Part shown: piece after piece, positions 26,986-41,864 of the stretch | Position numbering within the stretch: the first letter of the stretch is position 1 | Layout: each line of letters starts with the position of its first letter | Source: Octopus vulgaris | Lineage: Eukaryota | Assembly (NCBI GenBank): GCA_951406725.2 | Contig: OX597821.1 | Span: 17,298,001-17,362,000 of the forward strand | Direction: 5' to 3' | Length of the DNA stretch: 64,000 nt | The notes under the pieces: model-generated | Database searches by the model: none | What the model was told of the DNA's origin: nothing | What the model saw: only the letters and a program-made list of their open reading frames with translations | Position numbers and translations under genes: made by a program

Positions 26986-27020
26986 TTTTATTTAATTATG
27001 CAATTAATTATGCAATAATC

Positions 27021-30000
27021 AAATAAAGATACGGAAGCGTCATGTATGTTTCTATATACGAATATAGATACGGGAGTGTCATGTATGTTTCTATATACGA
27101 ATATAGATACGGGAGTGTCATGTAGGTTTCTATAAACGAATATAGATACGGGAGTGTCATGTATGTTTCTATATACGAATATAGATACGGGAGTGTCATG
27201 CAGGTTTCTATATACGAATATAGATACGGGAGTGTCATGCAGGTTTCTATAAACGAATACAGATACGGGAGTGTCATGTAGGTTTCTACAAACGAATATA
27301 GATACGGGAGTGTCATGTAGGTTTCTATATACGAATATAGATACGGGAGTGTCATGTAGGTTTCTATAAACGAATATAGAAACGGGAGTGTCATGTAGGT
27401 TTCTATAAACGAATATAGATACGGAAGTGTCATGTAGGTTTCTATAAACGAATATAGATACGGGAGTGTCATGTATGTTTCTATATACGAATATAGATAG
27501 GGAAGTGTCATGCAGGTTTCTATAAACGAATATAGATACGGGAGTGTCATGTAGGTTTCTATAAACGAATATAGATACGGGAGTGTCATGTAGGTTTCTA
27601 TATACGAATATAGATACGGGAGTAACATGTAGGTTTCTATATACGAATATAGATACGGGAGTGTCATGTAGGTTTCTATAAACGAATATAGATACGGAAG
27701 TGTCATGCAGGTTTCCATATACGAATATAGATACGGGAGTGTCATGCAGGTTTCTATAAACGAATATAGATACGGGAGTGTCATGTAGGTTTCTATAAAC
27801 GAATATAGATACGGGAGTGTCATGTAGGTTTCTATATACGAATATAGATACGGGAGTGTCATGTAGGTTTCTATAAACGAATATAGATACGGGAGTGTCA
27901 TATAGGTTTCTATATACGAATATAGATACGGGAGTGTCATGCAGGTTACTATAAACGAATATAGATACGGGAGTGTCATGTAGGTTTCTATGTACGAATA
28001 TAGATACGGGAGTGTCATGTAGGTTTCTATAAACGAATATAGATACGGGAGTGTCATGTATGTTTCTATATACGAATATAGATACGGGAGTGTCATGCAG
28101 GTTTCTATATACGAATATAGATACGGGAGTGTCATGCAGGTTTCTATAAACGAATATAGATACGGGAGTGTCATGTAGGTTTCTATAAACGAATATAGAT
28201 ACGGGAGTGTCATGTAGGTTTCTATATACGAATATAGATACGGGAGTGTCATGCAGGTTTCTATAAACGAATATAGATACGGGAGTGTCATGTAGGTTTC
28301 TATATACGAATATAGATATGGGAGTGTCGTGCAGGTTTCTATATACGAATATAGATACGGGAGTGTCATGCAGGTTTCTATAAACGAATATAGATACGGG
28401 AGTGTCATGTAGGTTTCTATAAACGAATATAGATACGGGAGTGTCATGTAGGTTTCTATATACGAATATAGAAATGGGAGTGTCATGTAGGTTTCTATAA
28501 ACGAATATAGATACGGGAGTGTCATGCAGGTTTCTATATACGAATATAGATACGGGAGTGTCATGCAGGTTTCTATAAACGAATATAGATACGGGAGTGT
28601 CATGTAGGTTTCTATAAACGAATATAGATACGGGAGTGTCATGTAGGTTTCTATATACGAATATAGATACGGGAGTGTCATGTAGGTTTCTATAAACGAA
28701 TATAGATACGGGAGTGTCATGTAGGTTTCTATATACGAATATAGATACGGGAGTGTCATGCAGGTTTCTACAAACGAATATAGATACGGGAGTGTCATGT
28801 AGGTTTCTATGTACGAATATAGATACGGGAGTGTCATGTAGGTTTCTATAAACGAATATAGATACGGGAGTGTCATGTATGTTTCTATATACGAATATAG
28901 ATACGGGAGTGTCATGTAGGTTTCTATAAACGAATATAGATACGGGAGTGTCATGCAGGTTTCCATATACGAATATAGATACGGGAGTGTCATGCTGGTT
29001 TCTATATACGAATATAGATACGGGTGTGTCATGTAGGTTTCTATATACGAATATAGATACGGGAGTGTCATGCAGGTTTCTATAAACGAATATAGATACG
29101 GGAGTGTCATGTAGGTTTCTATGTACGAATATAGATACGGAAGTGTCATGTAGATTTCTATAAACGAATATAGATACGGGAGTGTCATGTAGGTTTCTAT
29201 ATACGAATATAGATACGGGAGTGTCATGCAGGTTTCTATAAACGAATATAGATATGGGAGTGTCATGTAGGTTTCTATATACGAATATAGATACGGGAGT
29301 GTCATGTAGGTTTCTATAAACGAATATAGATACGGGAGTGTCATGTAGGTTTCTATATACGAATATAGATACGGGAGTGTCATGTAGGTTTCTATAAACG
29401 AATATAGATACGGGAGTGTCATGTAGGTTTCTATATACGAATATAGATACGGGAGTGTCATGCAGGTTTCTACAAACGAATATAGATACGGGAGTGTCAT
29501 GTAGGTTTCTATGTACGAATATAGATACGGGAGTGTCATGTAGGTTTCTATAAACGAATATAGATACGGGAGTGTCATGTATGTTTCTATATACGAATAT
29601 AGATACGGGAGTGTCATGTAGGTTTCTATAAACGAATATAGATACGGGAGTGTCATGCAGGTTTCCATATACGAATATAGATACGGGAGTGTCATGCAGG
29701 TTTCTATATACGAATATAGATACGGGTGTGTCATGTAGGTTTCTATATACGAATATAGATACGGGAGTGTCATGCAGGTTTCTATAAACGAATATAGATA
29801 CGGGAGTGTCATGTAGGTTTCTATGTACGAATATAGATACGGAAGTGTCATGTAGATTTCTATAAACGAATATAGATACGGGAGTGTCATGTAGGTTTCT
29901 ATATACGAATATAGATACGGGAGTGTCATGCAGGTTTCTATAAACGAATATAGATATGGGAGTGTCATGTAGGTTTCTATATACGAATATAGATACGGGA

Positions 30001-33000
30001 GTGTCATGTAGGTTTCTATAAACGAATATAGATACGGGAGTGTCATGTAGGTTTCTATATACGAATATAGATACGGGAGTGTCATGTAGGTTTCTATAAA
30101 CGAATATAGATACGGAAGTGTCATGCAGGTTTCCATATACGAATATAGATACGGGAGTGTCATGCAGGTTTCTATAAACGAATATAGATACGGGAGTGTC
30201 ATGTAGGTTTCTATAAACGAATATAGATACGGGAGTGTCATGTAGGTTTCTATATACGAATATAGATACGGGAGTGTCATGTAGGTTTCTATAAACGAAT
30301 ATAGATACGGGAGTGTCATATAGGTTTCTATATACGAATATAGATACGGGAGTGTCATGCAGGTTACTATAAACGAATATAGATACGGGAGTGTCATGTA
30401 GGTTTCTATGTACGAATATAGATACGGGAGTGTCATGTAGGTTTCTATAAACGAATATAGATACGGGAGTGTCATGTATGTTTCTATATACGAATATAGA
30501 TACGGGAGTGTCATGCAGGTTTCTATATACGAATATAGATACGGGAGTGTCATGCAGGTTTCTATAAACGAATATAGATACGGGAGTGTCATGTAGGTTT
30601 CTATAAACGAATATAGATACGGGAGTGTCATGTAGGTTTCTATATACGAATATAGATACGGGAGTGTCATGCAGGTTTCTATAAACGAATATAGATACGG
30701 GAGTGTCATGTAGGTTTCTATATACGAATATAGATATGGGAGTGTCGTGCAGGTTTCTATATACGAATATAGATACGGGAGTGTCATGCAGGTTTCTATA
30801 AACGAATATAGATACGGGAGTGTCATGTAGGTTTCTATAAACGAATATAGATACGGGAGTGTCATGTAGGTTTCTATATACGAATATAGAAATGGGAGTG
30901 TCATGTAGGTTTCTATAAACGAATATAGATACGGGAGTGTCATGCAGGTTTCTATATACGAATATAGATACGGGAGTGTCATGCAGGTTTCTATAAACGA
31001 ATATAGATACGGGAGTGTCATGTAGGTTTCTATAAACGAATATAGATACGGGAGTGTCATGTAGGTTTCTATATACGAATATAGATACGGGAGTGTCATG
31101 TAGGTTTCTATAAACGAATATAGATACGGGAGTGTCATGTAGGTTTCTATATACGAATATAGATACGGGAGTGTCATGCAGGTTTCTACAAACGAATATA
31201 GATACGGGAGTGTCATGTAGGTTTCTATGTACGAATATAGATACGGGAGTGTCATGTAGGTTTCTATAAACGAATATAGATACGGGAGTGTCATGTATGT
31301 TTCTATATACGAATATAGATACGGGAGTGTCATGTAGGTTTCTATAAACGAATATAGATACGGGAGTGTCATGCAGGTTTCCATATACGAATATAGATAC
31401 GGGAGTGTCATGCTGGTTTCTATATACGAATATAGATACGGGTGTGTCATGTAGGTTTCTATATACGAATATAGATACGGGAGTGTCATGCAGGTTTCTA
31501 TAAACGAATATAGATACGGGAGTGTCATGTAGGTTTCTATGTACGAATATAGATACGGAAGTGTCATGTAGATTTCTATAAACGAATATAGATACGGGAG
31601 TGTCATGTAGGTTTCTATATACGAATATAGATACGGGAGTGTCATGCAGGTTTCTATAAACGAATATAGATATGGGAGTGTCATGTAGGTTTCTATATAC
31701 GAATATAGATACGGGAGTGTCATGTAGGTTTCTATAAACGAATATAGATACGGGAGTGTCATGTAGGTTTCTATATACGAATATAGATACGGGAGTGTCA
31801 TGTAGGTTTCTATAAACGAATATAGATACGGGAGTGTCATGTAGGTTTCTATATACGAATATAGATACGGGAGTGTCATGCAGGTTTCTACAAACGAATA
31901 TAGATACGGGAGTGTCATGTAGGTTTCTATGTACGAATATAGATACGGGAGTGTCATGTAGGTTTCTATAAACGAATATAGATACGGGAGTGTCATGTAT
32001 GTTTCTATATACGAATATAGATACGGGAGTGTCATGTAGGTTTCTATAAACGAATATAGATACGGGAGTGTCATGCAGGTTTCCATATACGAATATAGAT
32101 ACGGGAGTGTCATGCAGGTTTCTATATACGAATATAGATACGGGTGTGTCATGTAGGTTTCTATATACGAATATAGATACGGGAGTGTCATGCAGGTTTC
32201 TATAAACGAATATAGATACGGGAGTGTCATGTAGGTTTCTATGTACGAATATAGATACGGAAGTGTCATGTAGATTTCTATAAACGAATATAGATACGGG
32301 AGTGTCATGTAGGTTTCTATATACGAATATAGATACGGGAGTGTCATGCAGGTTTCTATAAACGAATATAGATATGGGAGTGTCATGTAGGTTTCTATAT
32401 ACGAATATAGATACGGGAGTGTCATGTAGGTTTCTATAAACGAATATAGATACGGGAGTGTCATGTAGGTTTCTATATACGAATATAGATACGGGAGTGT
32501 CATGTAGGTTTCTATAAACGAATATAGATACGGGAGTGTCATCTATGTTTCTATATACGAATATAGATACGGGAGTGTCATGCAGGTTTCTATATAGGAA
32601 TATAGATACGGGAGTGTCATGTAGGTTTCTATGTACGAATATAGATACGGGAGTGTCATGTAGGTTTCTATAAACGAATATAGATACGGGAGTATCATGT
32701 ATGTTTCTATATACGAATATAGATACGAGAGTGTCATGTAGGTTTCTATAAACGAATATAGATACGGGAGTGTCATGTAGGTTTCTATAAACGAATATAG
32801 ATACGGGAGTGTCATGTAGGTTTCTATAAACGAATATAGATACGGGAGTGTCATGTATGTTTCTATATACGAATATAGATACGGGAGTGTCATGCAGGTT
32901 TCTATAAACGAATATAGATACGGGAGTGTCATGTAGGTTTCTATAAACGAATATAGATACGGGAGTGTCATGTAGGTTTCTATAAACGAATATAGATACG

Positions 33001-36000
33001 GGAGTGTCATGTAGGTTTCTATAAACGAATATAGATACGGGAGTGTCATGTGTGTTTCTATATACGAATATAGATACGGGAGTGTCATGCAGGTTTCTAT
33101 ATACGAATATAGATACGGGAGTGTCATGCAGGTTTCTATAAACGAATATAGATACGGGAGTGTCATGTAGGTTTCTATAAACGAATATAGATACGGGAGT
33201 GTCATGTAGGTTTCTATATACGAATATAGATACGGGAGTGTCATGTAGGTTTCTATAAACGAATATAGATACGGGAGTGTCATGTAGGTTTCTATATACG
33301 AATATAGATACGGGAGTGTCATGCAGGTTTCCATATACGAATATAGATACGGGAGTGTCATGCAGGTTTCTATATACGAATATAGATACGGGAGTGTCAT
33401 GTAGGTTTCTATATACGAATATAGATACGGGAGTGTCATGCAGGTTTCTATAAACGAATATAGATACGGGAGTGTCATGTAGGTTTCTATATACGAATAT
33501 AGATACGGGAGTGTCATGTAGATTTCTATAAACGAATATAGATACGGGAGTGTCATGTAGGTTCCTATATAAGAATATAGATACGGGAGTGTCATGCAGG
33601 TTTCTATAAACGAATATAGATACGGGAGTGTCATGTAGGTTTCTATATACGAATATAGATACGGGAGTGTCATGTAGGTTTCTATAAACGAATATAGATA
33701 CGGGAGTGTCATGTAGGTTTCTATATACGAATATAGATACGGGAGTGTCATGTAGGTTTCTATAAACGAATATAGATACGGGAGTGTCATCTATGTTTCT
33801 ATATACGAATATAGATACGGGAGTGTCATGCAGGTTTCTATATACGAATATAGATACGGGAGTGTCATGTAGGTTTCTATGTACGAATATAGATACGGGA
33901 GTGTCATGTAGGTTTCTATAAACGAATATAGATACGGGAGTGTCATGTATGTTTCTATATACGAATATAGATACGGGAGTGTCATGTAGGTTTCTATATA
34001 CGAATATAGATACGGGAGTGTCATGCAGGTTTCTATAAACGAATATAGATACGGGAGTGTCATGTAGGTTTCTATGTACGAATATAGATACGGGAGTGTC
34101 ATGTAGGTTTCTATATACGAATATAGATACGGGAGTGTCATGCAGGTTTCTATAAACGAATATAGATACGGGAGTGTCATGTAGGTTTCTATATACGAAT
34201 ATAGATACGGGAGTGTCATGCAGGTTTCTATATACGAATATAGACACGGGAGTGTCATGCAGGTTTCTATAAACGAATATAGATACGGGAGTGTCATGTA
34301 GGTTTCTATAAACGAATATAGATACGGGAGTGTCATGTAGGTTTCTATATACGAATATAGATACGGGAGTGTCATGTAGGTTTCTATAAACGAATATAGA
34401 TACGGGAGTGTCATGCAGGTTTCTATATACGAATATAGATACGGGAGTGTCATGCAGGTTTCTATAAACGAATATAGATACGGGAGTGTCATGTAGGTTT
34501 CTATAAACGAATATAGATACGGGAGTGTCATGTAGGTTTCTATATACGAATATAGATACGGGAGTGTCATGTAGGTTTCTATATACGAATATAGATACGG
34601 GAGTGTCATGTAGGTTTCTATATACGAATATAGATACGGGAGTGTCATGCAGGTTTCTACAAACGAATATAGATACGGGAGTGTCATGTAGGTTTCTATA
34701 AACGAATATAGATACGGGAGTGTCATGTAGGTTTCTATAAACGAATATAGATACGGGAGTGTCATGTAGAATATAGATACGGAGTTCTGATATACGAATA
34801 TAGATACGGGAGTGTCATGCAGGTTTCTATAAACGAATATAGATACGGGAGTGTCATGTAGGTTTCTATAAACGAATATAGATACGGGAGTGTCATGTAG
34901 GTTTCTATATACGAATATAGATACGGGAGTGTCATGTAGGTTTCTATAAACGAATATAGATACGGGAGTGTCATGTGGTTTCTATATACGAATATAGATA
35001 CGGGAGTGTCATGCAGGTTTCTATATACGAATATAGATACGGGAGTGTCATGCAGGTTTCTATAAACGAATATAGATACGGGAGTGTCATGTAGGTTTCT
35101 ATAAACGAATATAGATACGGGAGTGTCATGTAGGTTTCTATATACGAATATAGATACGGGAGTGTCATGTAGGTTTCTATAAACGAATATAGATACGGGA
35201 GTGTCATGTAGGTTTCTATATACGAATATAGATACGGGAGTGTCATGCAGGTTTCCATATACGAATATAGATACGGGAGTGTCATGCAGGTTTCTATATA
35301 CGAATATAGATACGGGAGTGTCATGTAGGTTTCTATATACGAATATAGATACGGGAGTGTCATGCAGGTTTCTATAAACGAATATAGATACGGGAGTGTC
35401 ATGTAGGTTTCTATATACGAATATAGATACGGGAGTGTCATGTAGGTTTCTATAAACGAATATAGATACGGGAGTGTCATGTAGGTTTCTATATAACGAA
35501 TATAGATACGGGAGTGTCATGCAGGTTTCTATAAACGAATATAGATACGGGAGTGTCATGTAGGTTTCTATAAACGAATATAGATACGGGAGTGTCATGT
35601 AGGTTTCTATAAACGAATATAGATACGGGAGTGTCATGTAGGTTTCTATATACGAATATAGATACGGGAGTGTCATGTAGGTTTCTATAAACGAATATAG
35701 ATACGGGAGTGTCATGTATGTTTCTATATACGAATATAGATACGGGAGTGTCATGCAGGTTTCTATATACGAATATAGATACGGGAGTGTCATGTAGGTT
35801 TCTATGTACGAATATAGATACGGGAGTGTCATGTAGGTTTCTATAAACGAATATAGATACGGGAGTGTCATGTATGTTTCTATATACGAATATAGATACG
35901 GGAGTGTCATGCAGGTTTCTATATACGAATATAGATACGGGAGTGTCATGCAGGTTTCTATAAACGAATATAGATACGGGAGTGTCATGTAGGTTTCTAT

Positions 36001-39000
36001 AACGAATATAGATACGGGAGTGTCATGTAGGTTTCTATATACGAATATAGATACGGGAGTGTCATGCAGGTTTCTATAAACGAATATAGATACGGGAGTG
36101 TCATGTAGGTTTCTATATACGAATATAGATACGGGAGTGTCATGCAGGTTTCTATATACGAATATAGATACGGGAGTGTCATGCAGGTTTCTATAAACGA
36201 ATATAGATACGGGAGTGTCATGTAGGTTTCTATAAACGAATATAGATACGGGAGTGTCATGTAGGTTTCTATATACGAATATAGATACGGGAGTGTCATG
36301 TAGGTTTCTATAAACGAATATAGATACGGGAGTGTCATGCAGGTTTCTATATACGAATATAGATACGGGAGTGTCATGCAGGTTTCTATAAACGAATATA
36401 GATACGGGAGTGTCATGTAGGTTTCTATAAACGAATATAGATACGGGAGTGTCATGTAGGTTTCTATATACGAATATAGATACGGGAGTGTCATGTAGGT
36501 TTCTATATACGAATATAGATACGGGAGTGTCATGTAGGTTTCTATATACGAATATAGATACGGGAGTGTCATGCAGGTTTCTATAAACGAATATAGATAC
36601 GGGAGTGTCATGTAGGTTTCTATGTACGAATATAGATACGGGAGTGTCATGTAGGTTTCTATAAACGAATATAGATACGGGAGTGTCATGTATGTTTCTA
36701 TATACGAATATAGATACGGGAGTGTCATGCAGGTTTCTATATACGAATATAGATACGGGAGTGTCATGCAGGTTTCTATAAACGAATATAGATACGGGAG
36801 TGTCATGTAGGTTTCTATATACGAATATAGATACGGGAGTGTCATGTAGGTTTCTATATACGAATATAGATACGGGAGTGTCATGTAGGTTTCTATAAAT
36901 GAATATAGATACGGGAGTGTCATGTAGGTTTCTATATACGAATATAGATAGGGAGTGTCATGCAGGTTTCTATATACGAATATAGATACGGGAGTGTCAT
37001 GCAGGTTTCTATAAACGAATATAGATACGGGAGTGTCATGTAGGTTTCTATAAACGAATATAGATACGGGAGTGTCATGTAGGTTTCTATAAACGAATAT
37101 AGATACGGGAGTGTCATGTAGGTTTCTATAAACGAATATAGATACGGGAGTGTCATGTAGGTTTCTATAAACGAATATAGATACGGGAGTGTCATGTATG
37201 TTTCTATATACGAATATAGATACGGGAGTGTCATGCAGGTTTCTATAAACGAATATAGATACGGGAGTGTCATGTAGGTTTCTATAAACGAATATAGATA
37301 CGAGAGTGTCATGTAGGTTTCTATAAACGAATATAGATACGGGAGTGTCATGTAGGTTTCTATAAACGAATATAGATACGGGAGTGTCATGTAGGTTTCT
37401 ATAAACGAATATAGATACGGGAGTGTCATGTATGTTTCTATATACGAATATAGATACGGGAGTGTCATGCAGGTTTCTATAAACGAATATAGATACGGGA
37501 GTGTCATGTAGGTTTCTATAAACGAATATAGATACGGGAGTGTCATGTAGGTTTCTATAAACGAATATAGATACGGGAGTGTCCTGTAGGTTTCTATAAA
37601 CGAATATAGATACGGGAGTGTCATGTATGTTTCTATATACGAATATAGATACGGGAGTGTCATGCAGGTTTCTATATACGAATATAGATACGGAGTGTCA
37701 TGCAGGTTTCTATAAACGAATATAGATACGGGAGTGTCATGTAGGTTTCTATGTACGAATATAGATACGGGAGTGTCATGTAGGTTTCTATAAACGAATA
37801 TAGATACGGGAGTGTCATGTATGTTTCTATATACGAATATAGATACGGGAGTGTCATGCAGGTTTCTATATACGAATATAGATACGGGAGTGTCATGCAG
37901 GTTTCTATAAACGAATATAGATACGGGAGTGTCATGTAGGTTTCTATAAACGAATATAGATACGGGAGTGTCATATAGGTTTCTATATACGAATATAGAT
38001 ACGGGAGTGTCATGTAGGTTTCTATAAACGAATATAGATACGGGAGTGTCATGCAGGTTTCTATAAACGAATATAGATACGGGAGTGTCATGCAGGTTTC
38101 TATATACGAATATAGATACGGGAGTGTCATGTAGGTTTCTATATACGAATATAGATACGGGAGTGTCATGCAGGTTTCTATAAACGAATATAGATACGGC
38201 GTGTCATGTAGGTTTCTATATACGAATATAGATACGGGAGTGTCATGTAGATTTCTATAAACGAATATAGATACGGGAGTGTCATGTAGGTTTCTATATA
38301 CGAATATAGATACGGGAGTGTCATGCAGGTTTCTATAAACGAATATAGATACGAGAGTGTCATGTAGGTTTCTATATACGAATATAGATACGGGAGTGTC
38401 ATGTAGGTTTCTATAAACGAATATAGATACGGGAGTGTCATGTAGGTTTCTATATACGAATATAGATACGGGAGTATCATGTAGGTTTCTATAAACGAAT
38501 ATAGATACGGGAGTGTCATCTATGTTTCTATATACGAATATAGATACGGGAGCGTCATGCAGGTTTCTATATACGAATATAGATACGGGAGTGTCATGCA
38601 GGTTTCTATAAACGAATATAGATACGGGAGTGTCATGTAGGTTTCTATAAACGAATGTAGATACGGGAGTGTCATGTAGGTTTCTATAAACGAATATAGA
38701 TACGGGAGTGTCATGTAGGTTTCTATATACGAATATAGATACGGGAGTGTCATGTATGTTTCTATAAACGAATATAGATACGGGAGTGTCATGTAGGTTT
38801 CTATATACGAATATAGATACGGGAGTGTCATGCAGGTTTCTATAAACGAATATAGATACGGGAGTGTCATGTAGGTTTCTATATACGAATATAGATACGG
38901 GAGTGTCATGTAGGTTTCTATATACGAATATAGATACGGGAGTGTCATGCAGGTTTCTATAAACGAATATAGATACGGGAGTGTCATGTAGGTTTCTATA

Positions 39001-39443
39001 TACGAATATAGATACGGGAGTGTCATGTAGGTTTCTATAAACGAATATAGATACGGGAGTGTCATGTAGGTTTCTATATACGAATATAGATACTGGAGTG
39101 TCATGTAGGTTTCTATAAACGAATATAGATACGGGAGTGTCATATATGTTTCTATATACGAATATAGATACGGGAGTGTCATGCAGGTTTCTATATACGA
39201 ATATAGATACGGGAGTGTCATGCAGGTTTCTATAAACGAATATAGATACGGGAGTGTCATGCAGGTTTCTATAAACGAATATAGATACGGGAGTGTCATG
39301 TAGGTTTCTATAAACGAATATAGATACGGGAGTGTCATGTAGGTTTCTATATACGAATATAGATACGGGAGTGTCATGTAGGTTTCTATAAACGAATATA
39401 GATACGGGAGTGTCATGTAGGTTTCTATGTACGAATATAGATA
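27021..39443. repeat. 39-bp minisatellite array, about 318 units, with higher-order structure
   Basis: Consensus ATGYAGGTTTCTATAWACGAATATAGATACGGGAGTGTC. Rare variants recur at 702-bp (18-unit) and 2418-bp (62-unit) spacing. Confidence 0.98.
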
Positions 39444-39790
39444 AAGAATATAGAGCGTTGCATATCCCCAAGTGCGAAGATTCAATGAAACCAATATCGA
39501 TTCAATTAATATATAGTTAGTTTGTTTGTTTTTTGTAATTATAAAACATTATCAATCCAGTATTACTACAAACTGCAAAATGCTCAAAGCATAGACATTT
39601 CTCATGAAGATCGATTTACATTTAACACCGTTGAATACAAGAAGCACAAAACACAGTTTGAATGTTCAATTTACTGCCGTTTGGCGCATTCCGTGAACAG
39701 AATTTTTCTTTCGCATTTCATAATCTATGGGAAATAACTAAAAAATAAAGTAAAGAGGTATGCTTTATTAAATATTTAATTATGCAATAA
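39415..39790 (+). repeat. Copy 2 of the old tandem duplication
   Basis: Homologous to 26367-26715. Confidence 0.85.
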
Positions 39791-39994
39791 TCCGATTGCT
39801 AAAATGCAAACGGCTTTTTGCTTATTTCTTTGCAGACAGAATTTCTATTTCAATTAGAACCATCTTCCATCGTGACCATGTATGCATTTTTCTGATCTCC
39901 GATATACTTAGTTAATGACTTTATAATCTGTTCATATACTAGTGCGTCATTTTTTGTACGTAAGAGAGTGTGTGTGTGTTTGTGTGTGTCTGTT

Positions 39995-40058
<64 letters not shown>

Positions 40059-40161
40059 CTCGTAATCCCAAAACATTAATCAAAGTACAATGCATGAATG
40101 TTCAAGCAGAACGTAATGGAGAGAAGCATGAAATACAACATTGAAATGGATGATGTTTTTA

Positions 40162-40570
40162 TAGGCGCAGGAGTGGCTGTGAGGTAAGTAGCTTGCTTAC
40201 CAACCACATGGTTCTGAGTTCAGTCCCACTGAGTGGCACCTTGGGCAAGTGTCTTCTGCTATAGCCTCGGGCCGACCAAAGCCTTGTGAGACGGAAACTG
40301 AAAGAAGCCCGTCGTATATATGTATATACATGTGTATGTGTGTGTCTATGTTTGAGTGTCTGTGTCCCCCCCCCCCAACATCGCTTGACCACCGATGCTG
40401 GTGTGTTTGTGTGTTCCCGTAACTTAGCGGTTCGGCAAATAAGAGACCGATAGTATAAGTGCTAGGCTTACAAAGAATAAGTCCTGAGGTCGAGTTGCTC
40501 GACTAAAGGCGGTGCTCCAGCATGGTCGCAGTCAAATGACTGAAAAATAGTAAAGGAGTAAAAGAGTAAA
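40162..40570 (+). mobile_element. SINE family A, full length
   Basis: TAGGCGCAGGAGTGGCTGTGAGG head with A/B boxes, internal microsatellite, GAGTAAAA tail. Confidence 0.9.
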
Positions 40571-40587
40571 CGAGTTTAGATTTAAAC

Positions 40588-41756
40588 CAGGGGTGGGGAA
40601 ACCCCGCGTGTCCATTTTATTGCGCCCGCATGTTGATATAATGGTATGTACAAAATATACTAAATTTTACAATTATAAAATTTATTCAATACTTGTATGC
40701 CTATTTCCAACATATGTCGCGTTTCTATTACGACTTAAAACTGTCAGACTCGAACAAAAGTCGTCCAGTAATTGCCATTTGAATGGAAATTTTGTTTTCC
40801 CTATAAAATAAATTTTGCTAAGTTTGTACCACCCCCTTGAGACCCAACTACACTCTAGCTGAAAAAACTAAATTAAAAATATATTGCATACGAAACGAAA
40901 GCTAAAAGATTGTAAAAGATACTTTGTAAAAATTGTTCATGTCCAAGAACCCCAAATATTAAAATTTTTCCTTCATTTTTCACGTTTTTACGAAGAAAAT
41001 GTCTCCAAAATCTACATTCACCCTGTTTCTGTCAATCGATAGACAAAAAAATATTCAAAAATCTATTAACAAGCTAAAACAAATTGGTAAAGCCTCATCG
41101 AAACAGAAAATATTAATTTGGCGCTTTATGAACAGGATTATAAGATATTACTTTTTCTTGAAGAAGGAGGGAAACTTTTTTTCGAAAGGTGTGTCAAGAA
41201 GGTCAACAGGAGTTACTTTTGTCATCGTCTTATCAGTTATCGCCCTTCCCTGCCCACTTGCTTATCAGTTATCGCCCTTGCCTACCGACTTACTTATCAA
41301 CACCTATGTGGACAAAAAAAAGTAGCAATTTCGTCCTTTTCACTAAACAAAATCAAATTTTAATGTCAAGGTTAATTAGCCTTGATAAAATTATCACTAA
41401 GATAAATTTACTTAAACATGTCATTGGCATATAATGTTATCTAGGTATTAATGGAATTTTTCAAAATTAAATTTGGTCTGTGTTTGATTGTTATGATTTC
41501 TCCAAAATTAGGATAGGGACATTTTGAAAAATACAAAATACCTCAAAAGTTATATAAGCGTCCTAAATTCAGTGGCGGCGTTAAGATGTTACGCGTTAAC
41601 TTAATGTGTTACATTTATCTTTATAAATGCCTATCGAATTATGCGTAGATATATACAAGATTTACACAGATATAAAAGTTAGAATTTGTGATCCCGCCGC
41701 GGACCTTTTTCTTTGGAAAATTTTGCCCGCTGCACCGAAACGTTACTCCACCCCTG
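40588..41756. mobile_element. Non-autonomous hAT-type DNA transposon
   Basis: TIRs CAGGGGTGG / CCACCCCTG; TSD ATTTAAAC / CTTTAAAC (7 of 8 match); no transposase ORF. Confidence 0.8.
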
Positions 41757-41864
41757 CTTTAAACTGACATACACGTATAAAATAGATTAAAACCCGAAAC
41801 CAAGTTTAGATATATTAATCGTTGGATCTAGCATAGTAAGTATTTTAAAACTTGAGTTATATTC

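Noticed and set aside
27021-39443. CRISPR-like array
   Set aside because: Units are contiguous with no unique spacers, the context is eukaryotic, and there are no cas genes.
27008-39494. (MTLPYLYSFIETY)n ORFs
   Set aside because: Alternative frame of the same minisatellite; common variants are non-synonymous and TAG stops occur at 32543, 33791 and 38520.
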